Shown here piece after piece: positions 8,967 to 17,252 of a stretch of 31,401 nt of DNA. The DNA comes from a virus. Within the stretch, counting starts at the first letter, position 1; each line of letters begins with the position of its first letter. The stretch is from positions 1-31,401 of IMG/VR virus record IMGVR_UViG_3300033144_005525; one strand, 5' to 3'. The notes beneath the pieces were generated by a model. That model was not told the origin of the DNA and searched no databases. It saw nothing but the letters and a program-made list of their open reading frames with translations. The position numbers and the translations under genes were made by a program.

Positions 8967-9196
8967 CAGCTATCTCCCTTGAGCTTCGGAGGTTTGCCCA
9001 GATACTCGTCGATGGAATCGACCAGAATCACAGAGGCCCCTTCTGCGTTGGCATCCTGCAGACCTATATTTCCTCCACGCTTCTTGGAGATAGCGTCCAG
9101 GAAGTCGAACTCAGCGTTCAACCTGACCTTCTCCTTGGCGAAGTACTCATCGGCAGCCGTCTTGAGCTCGGCCAATCGTTCTGTTGCAGTGGCCAT
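8966..9196 (-). CDS. Small helical hypothetical protein (76 aa)
   Basis: TAATG overlap with the sigma gene stop, GGAG RBS; TGATG overlap downstream. Confidence 0.7.
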   Translation of the reverse strand: MATATERLAELKTAADEYFAKEKVRLNAEFDFLDAISKKRGGNIGLQDANAEGASVILVDSIDEYLGKPPKLKGDS

Positions 9197-10056
9197 TACT
9201 CCAAGATCTCCATGGCATCTCTGACCCTACCCTGCAGCTTCTTGCGAATACGGGAGATCTTGCTGGCGTGGATACCTGTCTTCTTGGCGATCTGTCCAGG
9301 CTTGAGGAGAGGCTTCCCATTCACACCGAAGGTGTACTCGTAGACCGTCCTCTCTTCTGGCTGTAGGTCATACTGAATGAGCTTGAACGCCTCGAGCTCC
9401 TTGGGAGCCAGGACCTCGGCCGGGTCATTCAAGAACCCAGAAGCGGATAGATCCGGCCTATTTTCTTTCTCGAGCTGGATGATCCTCTTGACAGGCTCAC
9501 CCATGTGGTCGGCGATGCTTTGAGTGTCGGGCTCATGTCCGAGCTTGGCAGCCAGTTCCTCCTTGGCAGCTTTGTACGGAGTGATGAGGCTGATCTGCCC
9601 CTCTGGGATCTTACCCAGGTTCTGGTAGGTCTTGATGAAGCGCTGCCCCTTCTTGAGGTTAGTCGTCACCCAAGTATTGAGCTTGGTGCCTCTTCCAGGA
9701 TCGTAGGACTTCATCGCGTTGACGAACTGCTTGTTCATCTCGTGATGGATGGCCGACGTAGGGATTGGGACCTTGCCAGAGTAGACCCTCGTCTGCTTGG
9801 CTATGATGGGCTTGAAGGACTCGTGGAGAGGCTTCAGGTCGGCTGGCTTACGCCCTCCCTGATCCCACTTCTGCCAGAGCTCCGCCTCCTTCTGCTGAGT
9901 CTTGCGGAGATCCTTGCGGGCCATGCCCATCCTGGAGTCCTGCCTGGGAAGAGCCAGGAAGCGTGGGATCTCAGGCTGCCGAAATAGATCGAAGAACCCA
10001 GCCTCCTTTGTCAGGAGCAGGGAGTCCAGCACATCTTCGTCACGCTTGGTCATCAT
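9196..10056 (-). CDS. Phage RNA polymerase sigma factor, sigma70 family, FliA/WhiG-like (286 aa)
   Basis: Region 2-like AMKSYDPGRGTKLNTWV, region 3-like LGHEPDTQSIADHMG, region 4 HTH-like LQPEERTVYEYTFG...QIAKKTGIHASKISRIRKK. Confidence 0.85.
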   Translation of the reverse strand: MMTKRDEDVLDSLLLTKEAGFFDLFRQPEIPRFLALPRQDSRMGMARKDLRKTQQKEAELWQKWDQGGRKPADLKPLHESFKPIIAKQTRVYSGKVPIPTSAIHHEMNKQFVNAMKSYDPGRGTKLNTWVTTNLKKGQRFIKTYQNLGKIPEGQISLITPYKAAKEELAAKLGHEPDTQSIADHMGEPVKRIIQLEKENRPDLSASGFLNDPAEVLAPKELEAFKLIQYDLQPEERTVYEYTFGVNGKPLLKPGQIAKKTGIHASKISRIRKKLQGRVRDAMEILE

Positions 10057-10229
10057 ACCTTTGGAGTGGTCACTCCAATTTTAGGTACAGATGGCGGACG
10101 AATACCACCGTTACGTAAATTGCCTAATGCCAATCCAGCGGTGGGCATCTTAGGAACCGCCAGACCAGGTATCGAGACGGCTATTTTCCTGAGCTCATCG
10201 CTGAATGCTTGGATGGATAGTGCATCCAT
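10053..10229 (-). CDS. Small KIA-motif protein 4 (58 aa, MDALSIQAFSDELRKIA...)
   Basis: ATG 7 nt after the upstream stop; ATGA overlap with sigma; motif shared with three upstream genes. Confidence 0.7.
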   Translation of the reverse strand: MDALSIQAFSDELRKIAVSIPGLAVPKMPTAGLALGNLRNGGIRPPSVPKIGVTTPKV

Positions 10230-10236
10230 CTGCCTG

Positions 10237-10806
10237 TTATCCGAGTTGCCAGACGCCTGCTCCTCGACCACCACCTACTTGCCTGATGGGAGCAGAGGCT
10301 GCTGGGAGAGCTGCTTTGGCTTTGGGAACAGCCTTCGTGGCTCCCTTTCCGACTCCACCGCCCACCCTCTTGAGGAAATTCGTGACGGCTGGGCTCTTCC
10401 CTACTCCGGCGAGGAGGCTAGCGATTTTGTCGAGCTCACTCTCGAAGCCCAGATATGCAGCCCTGACGTAGTCCGGAGACGCTGCCTTCATCAGATCTGT
10501 CTGGCGCAGCCCATCGAAGAATGCCTGGTGGGCGGCCACCTTGAGCAGAGGATTGCTGGAGGCTGCTTCTGGAGATCTCTTGGCCTGTGGCAGCAGCTTC
10601 CCGACGAGCTTGGTGTCGGCGGTCTCGGCTGCCGCGGCCTGCTCGAACATGGGCTTGAGCTGAGCCCGCTGGTCCTTGACGTTGGCGTTGAGCTCAGCAT
10701 TGGCGATCTGCTGATCATCCGTGCTGGCCGACCACTGGGCCGGGTTGGTCTCTTCCGCTCTCTTCTCGAGCATGTTGATGTAGAAATCTCGGACCGGGGT
10801 CGTCAT
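10237..10806 (-). CDS. KIA-motif protein 3 (189 aa)
   Basis: Start MTTPVR with GAGGTG RBS; contains GFESELDKIA, LEKRA, LKVAA, MKAAS; basic Gly/Ala C-terminus. Confidence 0.75.
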   Translation of the reverse strand: MTTPVRDFYINMLEKRAEETNPAQWSASTDDQQIANAELNANVKDQRAQLKPMFEQAAAAETADTKLVGKLLPQAKRSPEAASSNPLLKVAAHQAFFDGLRQTDLMKAASPDYVRAAYLGFESELDKIASLLAGVGKSPAVTNFLKRVGGGVGKGATKAVPKAKAALPAASAPIRQVGGGRGAGVWQLG

Positions 10807-10814
10807 CGAGCACC

Positions 10815-11363
10815 TCATTGGGTTGGGTCGCTAGGGATAGCGAAACGTTGGCCCATCGTTGGTGGCCGAAGTCTATCCCCCTTGTGAATTACCTTGTCTT
10901 GGAAACTACCGACTGCGCGGCTTTGTGCCAAGGACCTACCGGGTGTGAAAGTTCCAGACCCCGTCATAGCTGTCTTTTTCTTCCCTACGGCCATGTAATC
11001 TGCGATGCCAGCACCCCCACCAATCAGAGCGGAGGTAGTGTATTTGAGTCCGGCCGCTCTGCCGCCTGTCAAGATATTGGCGAGCAGGCTACCTACCAGG
11101 GCTCCTTTTGCAGCAGCTGCAGCAGGCTTCCTTGCTTCCCGATACCCTTTGTGGAACTTGCCTTTGAGTCCCTGTTGATCATCACTGGCAGCGATCTTGG
11201 GAACGAAGTTGGTGTCTCCTGGATGATTGCTGGAGAGCTCTCCACCAGGCAAGTACTCCTTGCCATGCCTGCCCGCCATGTTCGCTCGAGTGGCTGCATC
11301 CAGAGACACTGCAGCTATCTTCTGCAGCTCATCCCCGAACGCTTTGTAGGCTTGAACGTCCAT
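10815..11363 (-). CDS. KIA-motif protein 2 (182 aa)
   Basis: N-terminal AFGDELQKIA; also PKIAA, KKTAM; Gly/Ala-rich hydrophobic segments. Confidence 0.75.
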   Translation of the reverse strand: MDVQAYKAFGDELQKIAAVSLDAATRANMAGRHGKEYLPGGELSSNHPGDTNFVPKIAASDDQQGLKGKFHKGYREARKPAAAAAKGALVGSLLANILTGGRAAGLKYTTSALIGGGAGIADYMAVGKKKTAMTGSGTFTPGRSLAQSRAVGSFQDKVIHKGDRLRPPTMGQRFAIPSDPTQ

Positions 11364-11365
11364 GC

Positions 11366-11575
11366 CTATCTACCTGAGCGGACTCTGATCTCTCTACCCA
11401 GCTTGCGATCTGTATTGGCTTTTCGGAGGAGCTCCCACCCAGCAATGCCAGCTGCAGGCAACAGGAACTGGGGGCTCTTGGCCATGCTGAGTGCCTTGGT
11501 TCCGATATTGGCTTGAGCGATCTTCTGCAACTCGCTCTCGAATCCTCTTGACATTACGTCTACATAATCACTCAT
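11366..11575 (-). CDS. Small KIA-motif protein 1 (69 aa)
   Basis: GGAGG RBS; N-terminal GFESELQKIA. Confidence 0.75.
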   Translation of the reverse strand: MSDYVDVMSRGFESELQKIAQANIGTKALSMAKSPQFLLPAAGIAGWELLRKANTDRKLGREIRVRSGR

Positions 11576-11594
11576 AAATCCTCCGAGTGGTTGC

Positions 11595-11624
11595 AGGATA
11601 GCTCAGTACTCTAAGGTACGGGAA
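11595..11624 (-). promoter_or_regulatory. Possible sigma70-like promoter for the KIA/sigma cluster (TTCCCG-N18-TATCCT)
   Basis: Weak consensus match in the only sizeable intergenic gap (58 bp) of the structural region. Confidence 0.3.
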
Positions 11625-11633
11625 GCCCTTAGT

Positions 11634-14600
11634 TTACCCGAGTAACCCAACACCGAGAGAGCCTCTACTACCACCAATCGCATTAGAGTACGCCTCTACC
11701 ATCTCTCTTCTACCTTTACGTGGATCGAGAGCTTTGGAGATTGGGAATTTCTTCCCCTTCTTGTGGAGTCGAGCTAGCTCCAGATCGGGGTTGTCCATCA
11801 ATCCCAACAGATCTTCGAAGGGAGCGACTGCCGTTGAGTGGAAGCCTCCCTTACCGCTGACTATTTCGAGGGTGCTCTTATCCTTAGAAGCTTTGTACTC
11901 GAGATCTATTGTTCCCAGGATGTCCCGCATCGTGGCGATCGGCCTACTGGTGTAGTCGGCCACAAACTTCTGAACATCTGCACCTTGGCGACGTACGTCA
12001 CCATAGATGAACGCCAAAGCATCAGTAGATGTCTCAACACTTGGGATCTCACTCAAAGTCTTGGACTGATTCTCAGGTCGATTCAAGATCTCAGCGACAG
12101 TGACTGGATCACCATCCGCTTGTTTTATCTTCGACAGAATCTCTTCCCGCTCTGCTGAGCTACTAAAGAATGCCTCCCCTTCGGGAGTAGTGAATAAGGA
12201 CTGATCCACGATAGACCCAACACCGAAGAACTTGTCGTAGATGTTATCGCCGATGAACAGGTTGGAGTAGAGAGGACTGAACCACGGAGGACGGATCGAT
12301 TCTTCGATAGGTATGGTTTTCTTCTGACGTGCGTTGACAGCTACCTCTTCGTGAACGGCTATCTTTCTCCACAAGAAGAAGCTATCTGAGTTCTCTCCTT
12401 TTTGTTTCCTCTTGCGGAGAGCTTTCTTGTCCCTACGACTCTTGATGAATTTGTTGACGTCAGCAGACGATATCTCAATGACTGCATCAGAGAAGAGTTG
12501 GATCTGCGAGACCTTACCTTTACGGAACAAGCCTCTGGATCCTGGGCGAGTTTTCTCCGAGTAAGGGTTCGGCTCCAAGATAGTAAGACGGGTCCCTTTG
12601 AGAGTACTCCGCTTAGTAGTACCTCGGAGCCGGATGACTCTAGATCCACCCAGCTCGAACTTACCTGTAGCTTCGTTGAAGTCTTGATCGCTCAGATCCT
12701 CTGTGATGCTGGAACGTACTTTGATCGGATTTCCCTGGAACAGTCCCAAGTCCAAAGAAGATCCCAAGAAGAATGGAGCCAGTTTGGATAGACTTAGATC
12801 CGGAGCCCCCGTAGGTCGTTTATCTAGACCCAGCAACTCTTCGGAGAAGTCTTGATCATCTTCTGGTACTGGGTTATCCGCTGCCAGTATGTCCGACTCA
12901 ATCTGATCGAGGATATTCTGCGGAGTACAGTCGATCAGATAACGTAGCCTCTTGTAGTCACCGCTCTTGAGCAACTCTTCTGCATCCAGGACGGTGGTCT
13001 CAGTACGTGTGGATACTCTGTCGGACATTTCTGCGGAGAAGACTCCCAAGAAATCATCGTCCGTAATTCGATGAGTCCTGGCGTGAGTGAGCGTGACATT
13101 GGTGACCCCACCCTTCTGATCCACCATGTGCGATACACCTGCAGGCATACCGAGGTACTGCGTCGGAGCCTTCAGAGCAACTGACAGAGAACCGATATTG
13201 GAGAGGATCAGACTACCCATACTGATCTTGGACGTGCCTCGGATGCCTGTCTTTTGCAGAGCCTTTACGATGTCTGCTGGGTCCACCATGAAGGGCTTGT
13301 CAATAATCAGAGCCGGGAACCCCAGGACAAACTGAGGAGCGAACTTGGCAGATACAGTCAGGGTTCTTGGAGCGAATCGGTACTTCATGAAGTTGAAGTT
13401 CGCTGCACGCTGGGCGTAGTTCCTGCCATGCCCTATCACATTCTTCTGAATTTTCCTCTGCCTTCTATTGGCGTGGTAGTTCACCTCAGAAATGTGCTCG
13501 AACTTCGGCAAGATTCCAGAGTACTTCTCCCAAGGCAAGAGAGTGCGGAGGCCTTTGTTTCCCTGTGACTTCGCCAGTTCTTTGATGTCTTTGGTCGCGG
13601 GAGCGAAGTGGGAACTCTGAAAGAAGCTGGACCCTTTGCCGCTGATGAACTGCAGACCGGTGGTGAGTCTGAGTCTCGTGATCTCTTGTAGGAAGTTCCT
13701 CTGGTATTGAAACTGTGTGTATTGCTCCGGGAACAGTACGTTGCACTTGGGGGGTGCTACGAAGAAGCAATCAGGACGGAAGATCTGCGTATGCAGTTTG
13801 TCTAGCTTGGCGGCTGTCTTATCGACTTTCCGTCTGAGCTTGGACCTAGTTTTGGTTCCAAGGTTCAGTGCCTTCAGTAGATCATCAGAGATACGTTTCC
13901 AGTTACCTCTGTTGGCTAGGAACGGAGCGATGGATCTTTTAGGAGGCTCGAGAGCTACTGCTCTTCTAGCATTCGCAGGTCCGGTCACTGCTGTAGTGAA
14001 TACCTGAACTCCCGTTACGATATCTGCCAGACGGAAAGACTCCGCAGTGACCTTCCTAATGAAAGTGGTTTTTGTCTTCGCACTTTCTAAAATCTTGCGA
14101 GCTTTCGGAACCAAGTCGCCAGTGAATAGGCTTGGTTCAGAGGTGATCGTAGTTACTTCACCTGTTCTGGTGTTTTTTACTGTACGGGTCGCGACCCCAA
14201 CTCCCGTACTCGTGGAGCTGGTCGTATCTCCCCCTCCACCAGATACAGTGACCTGTTGACTGGAAACCTCACCAGTACGAGGAACCGTCGATGCTGCACC
14301 AACTCCGGCTACCCCTCTGACTATTATTCTGGCTGCTCCCTCACCTTGCTGAGTAACCGATACCTTTGTGCGAGTCCGCAGAAGACTGGCGAGTTTTTTC
14401 TCAATACGTTTGGCGACTACCTCTTCATTGACACTTCTCTGAGCTTCGAGTGTCGTAATGTCCCCAGACGAACCATCGTACTTCTTGGTAGTGCGCAGAA
14501 GAGTTCGTACTACTCTGCGCTGCTCTTCGTTCAGGACTCCCCCACTCCGTATATTGACCTTTACCTGACTATGCACTTCCTTCTTCGCTACGGATGGAAC

Positions 14601-15458
14601 GAATTTGGCCGCAGGTATAGGAACGGTCTCGTAGTAGATGTACTGGAACAGCAACTTCAGCATGTCTCGAAAACTGACGAGCTCGCCGAGACTAGAGATT
14701 CTGCGATTCATCCAAGCACTGAACGTCTTAGCCTTGAATAGTCTCTGTGCTGTGTTGTCGTTCTCCTCAGCTACGATCTGCTGCAGTAGATGATTCTTGA
14801 GTTCAGCGATAGTGAAGAAATCGTTGACTCCGGAGATGTGCTCTGGCACTCCTCCCATCTTCTCTAGTAGGGCAATGATTCCACCCATCAACCCCCGGAC
14901 GTCTTTCAAGCCATCCGTTTGTGGTCTTTTGCGTAGGGTGGAGGAGAGTACCGAGCCGTGCGACGACAAGAGGTTGTGGAACAGGGTATTGCCTCCCGAC
15001 CACACGGAACTCTTGTCTCCGGACCAGTTTCCGTTGGGGCTCCACGAGATGAAGATCTGATAAGTGGTGTCCCAATAGGTAGAGAAGTCCGCGCACTGAA
15101 GTACTGCTTGTCTGCCAGAGGGGGACTTCATGAAAGCTAGTCCCACAACTTCTCCACTGAACAGCAACTTGTACTTGTCGAGTCGAGAGTTTGGATCCGA
15201 CGTCGTAGCTACAGGTCCATCGATTCCTTCTTCACCCTCTTCTGGCTGGTCTGGGATATCCTCGTTGAAGTCCCAGTAGAACAGGTGGACCATCGTTCGA
15301 GCCTTGAGCTCGAGGAGAGGGTCAAGAGGGATGACCTGAATCGATGCAGTGGCCGGAGCATTCAGGTTCATCTGTACCTGAGCCCCGATAACTGGAACCT
15401 CTATCCCTTCCAGGAACAGACGCAGTTTCAGTTGTTGTCCAATGGCTCCAGTAGTCAT
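11634..15458 (-). CDS. Large putative baseplate hub / tail-associated protein (1274 aa)
   Basis: Position downstream of the tape measure gene; beta-rich N-terminus LRLFLEGIEVPVIGAQVQ...LLFSGEVVG...QAVLQCAD and later TLTVSAKFAPQFVLGFP...VSHMVD..GG.T.VTL resemble hub-type architecture; function inferred. Confidence 0.55.
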   Translation of the reverse strand: MTTGAIGQQLKLRLFLEGIEVPVIGAQVQMNLNAPATASIQVIPLDPLLELKARTMVHLFYWDFNEDIPDQPEEGEEGIDGPVATTSDPNSRLDKYKLLFSGEVVGLAFMKSPSGRQAVLQCADFSTYWDTTYQIFISWSPNGNWSGDKSSVWSGGNTLFHNLLSSHGSVLSSTLRKRPQTDGLKDVRGLMGGIIALLEKMGGVPEHISGVNDFFTIAELKNHLLQQIVAEENDNTAQRLFKAKTFSAWMNRRISSLGELVSFRDMLKLLFQYIYYETVPIPAAKFVPSVAKKEVHSQVKVNIRSGGVLNEEQRRVVRTLLRTTKKYDGSSGDITTLEAQRSVNEEVVAKRIEKKLASLLRTRTKVSVTQQGEGAARIIVRGVAGVGAASTVPRTGEVSSQQVTVSGGGGDTTSSTSTGVGVATRTVKNTRTGEVTTITSEPSLFTGDLVPKARKILESAKTKTTFIRKVTAESFRLADIVTGVQVFTTAVTGPANARRAVALEPPKRSIAPFLANRGNWKRISDDLLKALNLGTKTRSKLRRKVDKTAAKLDKLHTQIFRPDCFFVAPPKCNVLFPEQYTQFQYQRNFLQEITRLRLTTGLQFISGKGSSFFQSSHFAPATKDIKELAKSQGNKGLRTLLPWEKYSGILPKFEHISEVNYHANRRQRKIQKNVIGHGRNYAQRAANFNFMKYRFAPRTLTVSAKFAPQFVLGFPALIIDKPFMVDPADIVKALQKTGIRGTSKISMGSLILSNIGSLSVALKAPTQYLGMPAGVSHMVDQKGGVTNVTLTHARTHRITDDDFLGVFSAEMSDRVSTRTETTVLDAEELLKSGDYKRLRYLIDCTPQNILDQIESDILAADNPVPEDDQDFSEELLGLDKRPTGAPDLSLSKLAPFFLGSSLDLGLFQGNPIKVRSSITEDLSDQDFNEATGKFELGGSRVIRLRGTTKRSTLKGTRLTILEPNPYSEKTRPGSRGLFRKGKVSQIQLFSDAVIEISSADVNKFIKSRRDKKALRKRKQKGENSDSFFLWRKIAVHEEVAVNARQKKTIPIEESIRPPWFSPLYSNLFIGDNIYDKFFGVGSIVDQSLFTTPEGEAFFSSSAEREEILSKIKQADGDPVTVAEILNRPENQSKTLSEIPSVETSTDALAFIYGDVRRQGADVQKFVADYTSRPIATMRDILGTIDLEYKASKDKSTLEIVSGKGGFHSTAVAPFEDLLGLMDNPDLELARLHKKGKKFPISKALDPRKGRREMVEAYSNAIGGSRGSLGVGLLG

Positions 15459-16834
15459 TAGAAAATGTTGGTTGCTTGGCGAAGTCTGGCCAACCCGGAA
15501 CCTGAATCCGTAGAGATGGCTCCGGCTACCACAGAGAACAGACCGAATAGAGCTCTCTTGGTCAGTAAGGTCGCCTCACGTGGAGGATCGACTGTTACTC
15601 CGAAGGCCTCGAATATTGCTCGTACCTTCGGCTCGACCTGACTCTCTTTGATCTTTTGGTCCAAGAACAAGTCGGGTGGCTTGATAGGACCGCCCAAAGA
15701 CTCTGGTATTCGAGCGATGAACTCATCGAGGTTGTTTTGGAACCTTCCAAACCTCGCCGGAGATGTAGAGATTTTCGTATTGAGAGGAGCCTTGATAACG
15801 AACGGATGAGGTCCCAATTTGGATTTGATGATGAGCTGCCTAGCTCCATCCGAGTTGACAGAGGGAGCTACCGAAGCCAGAGCAATCTGTGTTTCTTGGT
15901 CGAACACAGAGCCTCCAGCAAACCCGATAGGAACTCGAATATTTCTGCCGTAAGCGAATCGATCCGCTAGTTCCAGTAGACTAGACAACTGTCCGTCCAA
16001 GGTAACGACCGCAGTGAGTCCATCACGTAAGGTCTGTAACAGAGAGTTCTTCGGTCCCCCGATGTTCTCGGAGTTGAGCTCTCGAACACGCTGCGTCGTA
16101 CTCTTCAGGTTCCCAATACCTTCTCCCGTGGTATCCAGACTGTACGGATCTAGATGTACTTCTTTTCCGGCCGGGAATTCTGAGAGACCGATGCGAGAGA
16201 CGTTCGCATAGTTGGTCAAGAAGATCTGGAACTCCAACTTCACCTGGTTGGGTTCGGTAGCAGACTCTACTGCATCCGCTTTGATGAAGTACCCCTCAAT
16301 GACTATGTCATCCCAAGACATAGTGATGCGGGTCTTGTTCTGCACACACTTAGTACCGCGCAGATGCTTGTCGTAGTTCTCCCAGAACTCTGCTCGCCAG
16401 TTAAAGTCCTCTGTGTTTAGCAGGACTCCGCTCGCTGAGATGATCCTAGGATGCTCTCCAAAGAAGAATATGAAGGGCTCTCCAAAGGTCTGGATGACCT
16501 GCATCTTCTCTGCACGCTGCTCTTGAACGCTTTGCAGTAGGAAGTTGGAGTACTCATTCGTGAAACCGAACCCGAGGTTATCCGGATCTTCGATGGCACC
16601 AGCAGCGTCGATCAGGGGGATGTTCCTGCCATCGGCTTTGCGGACCTGGATGGTGGCATAGGTGTCGTTCTTGATCTGGATGCCACGCACAGGACGACGT
16701 ACGTGATCGAAGGAACCGAATGCCCTGGCTCGAGCTGCTCCTGGAGTTGTTCCCTCCTCGTTGGCGTCTCCTACAGTCCTGCCGCGAAAGCTCTGTGCAA
16801 AAGGATCTGGAGTGATTTCGACGAAGGTAGGCAT
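15458..16834 (-). CDS. Putative baseplate / tail-tube initiator-like protein (458 aa)
   Basis: Between tape measure and hub-like gene; NFLLQSVQEQRAEKMQVIQTFGEPFIFFFGEHPRIISASGVL beta-rich domain; TGATG/TAATG coupling; function inferred from synteny. Confidence 0.5.
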   Translation of the reverse strand: MPTFVEITPDPFAQSFRGRTVGDANEEGTTPGAARARAFGSFDHVRRPVRGIQIKNDTYATIQVRKADGRNIPLIDAAGAIEDPDNLGFGFTNEYSNFLLQSVQEQRAEKMQVIQTFGEPFIFFFGEHPRIISASGVLLNTEDFNWRAEFWENYDKHLRGTKCVQNKTRITMSWDDIVIEGYFIKADAVESATEPNQVKLEFQIFLTNYANVSRIGLSEFPAGKEVHLDPYSLDTTGEGIGNLKSTTQRVRELNSENIGGPKNSLLQTLRDGLTAVVTLDGQLSSLLELADRFAYGRNIRVPIGFAGGSVFDQETQIALASVAPSVNSDGARQLIIKSKLGPHPFVIKAPLNTKISTSPARFGRFQNNLDEFIARIPESLGGPIKPPDLFLDQKIKESQVEPKVRAIFEAFGVTVDPPREATLLTKRALFGLFSVVAGAISTDSGSGLARLRQATNIF

Positions 16835-17049
16835 CAGCCTGAGAGTACTCCAATCTTGATGAAGTAGTCCTTTAGGTCTCGTCCGATGGCGGGGAAGATG
16901 TCGTCAGCTGTTACGACTCGATAGGCCTCAGCCTTCATACCCTGCACCAGGACATCATCTATCACCAGGCCATCGAGGACCTTGACTACCACAGCACTAC
17001 CATCCTCCATGAGGATTCTAGAGCTGGACTCTCTACGACCGTTCGCCAC
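16834..17049 (-). CDS. Small hypothetical protein (71 aa)
   Basis: TAGTG overlap upstream, TGATG overlap downstream, AAGGTG RBS-like sequence. Confidence 0.65.
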   Translation of the reverse strand: MANGRRESSSRILMEDGSAVVVKVLDGLVIDDVLVQGMKAEAYRVVTADDIFPAIGRDLKDYFIKIGVLSG

Positions 17050-17252
17050 TACTTCACCTTAACTGATTGTCCGGAGTCTTTACGGTGCTTCTGCATAGTC
17101 TCCATCACAGTAAGAGCGGCCTTCTCTTGCCAGTTGAGATTGTCTCTGGCTGTGTCTATGAGAGTGACGAGCTGCGATTGAGCATCTTGCATCTGCTGCA
17201 GGTGTCTCTTGGTAACTCCACTCCAAACATGAGGAGGCCTGCGTTTCGCCAT
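17049..17252 (-). CDS. Small hypothetical helical protein (67 aa)
   Basis: TAATG overlap with the tape measure stop; fills the gap exactly. Confidence 0.65.
   Translation of the reverse strand: MAKRRPPHVWSGVTKRHLQQMQDAQSQLVTLIDTARDNLNWQEKAALTVMETMQKHRKDSGQSVKVK

Noticed and set aside
11634-15458. Intein in the 1274-aa protein
   Set aside because: No C/S...HN-C/S/T splice junctions or LAGLIDADG motifs were recognised
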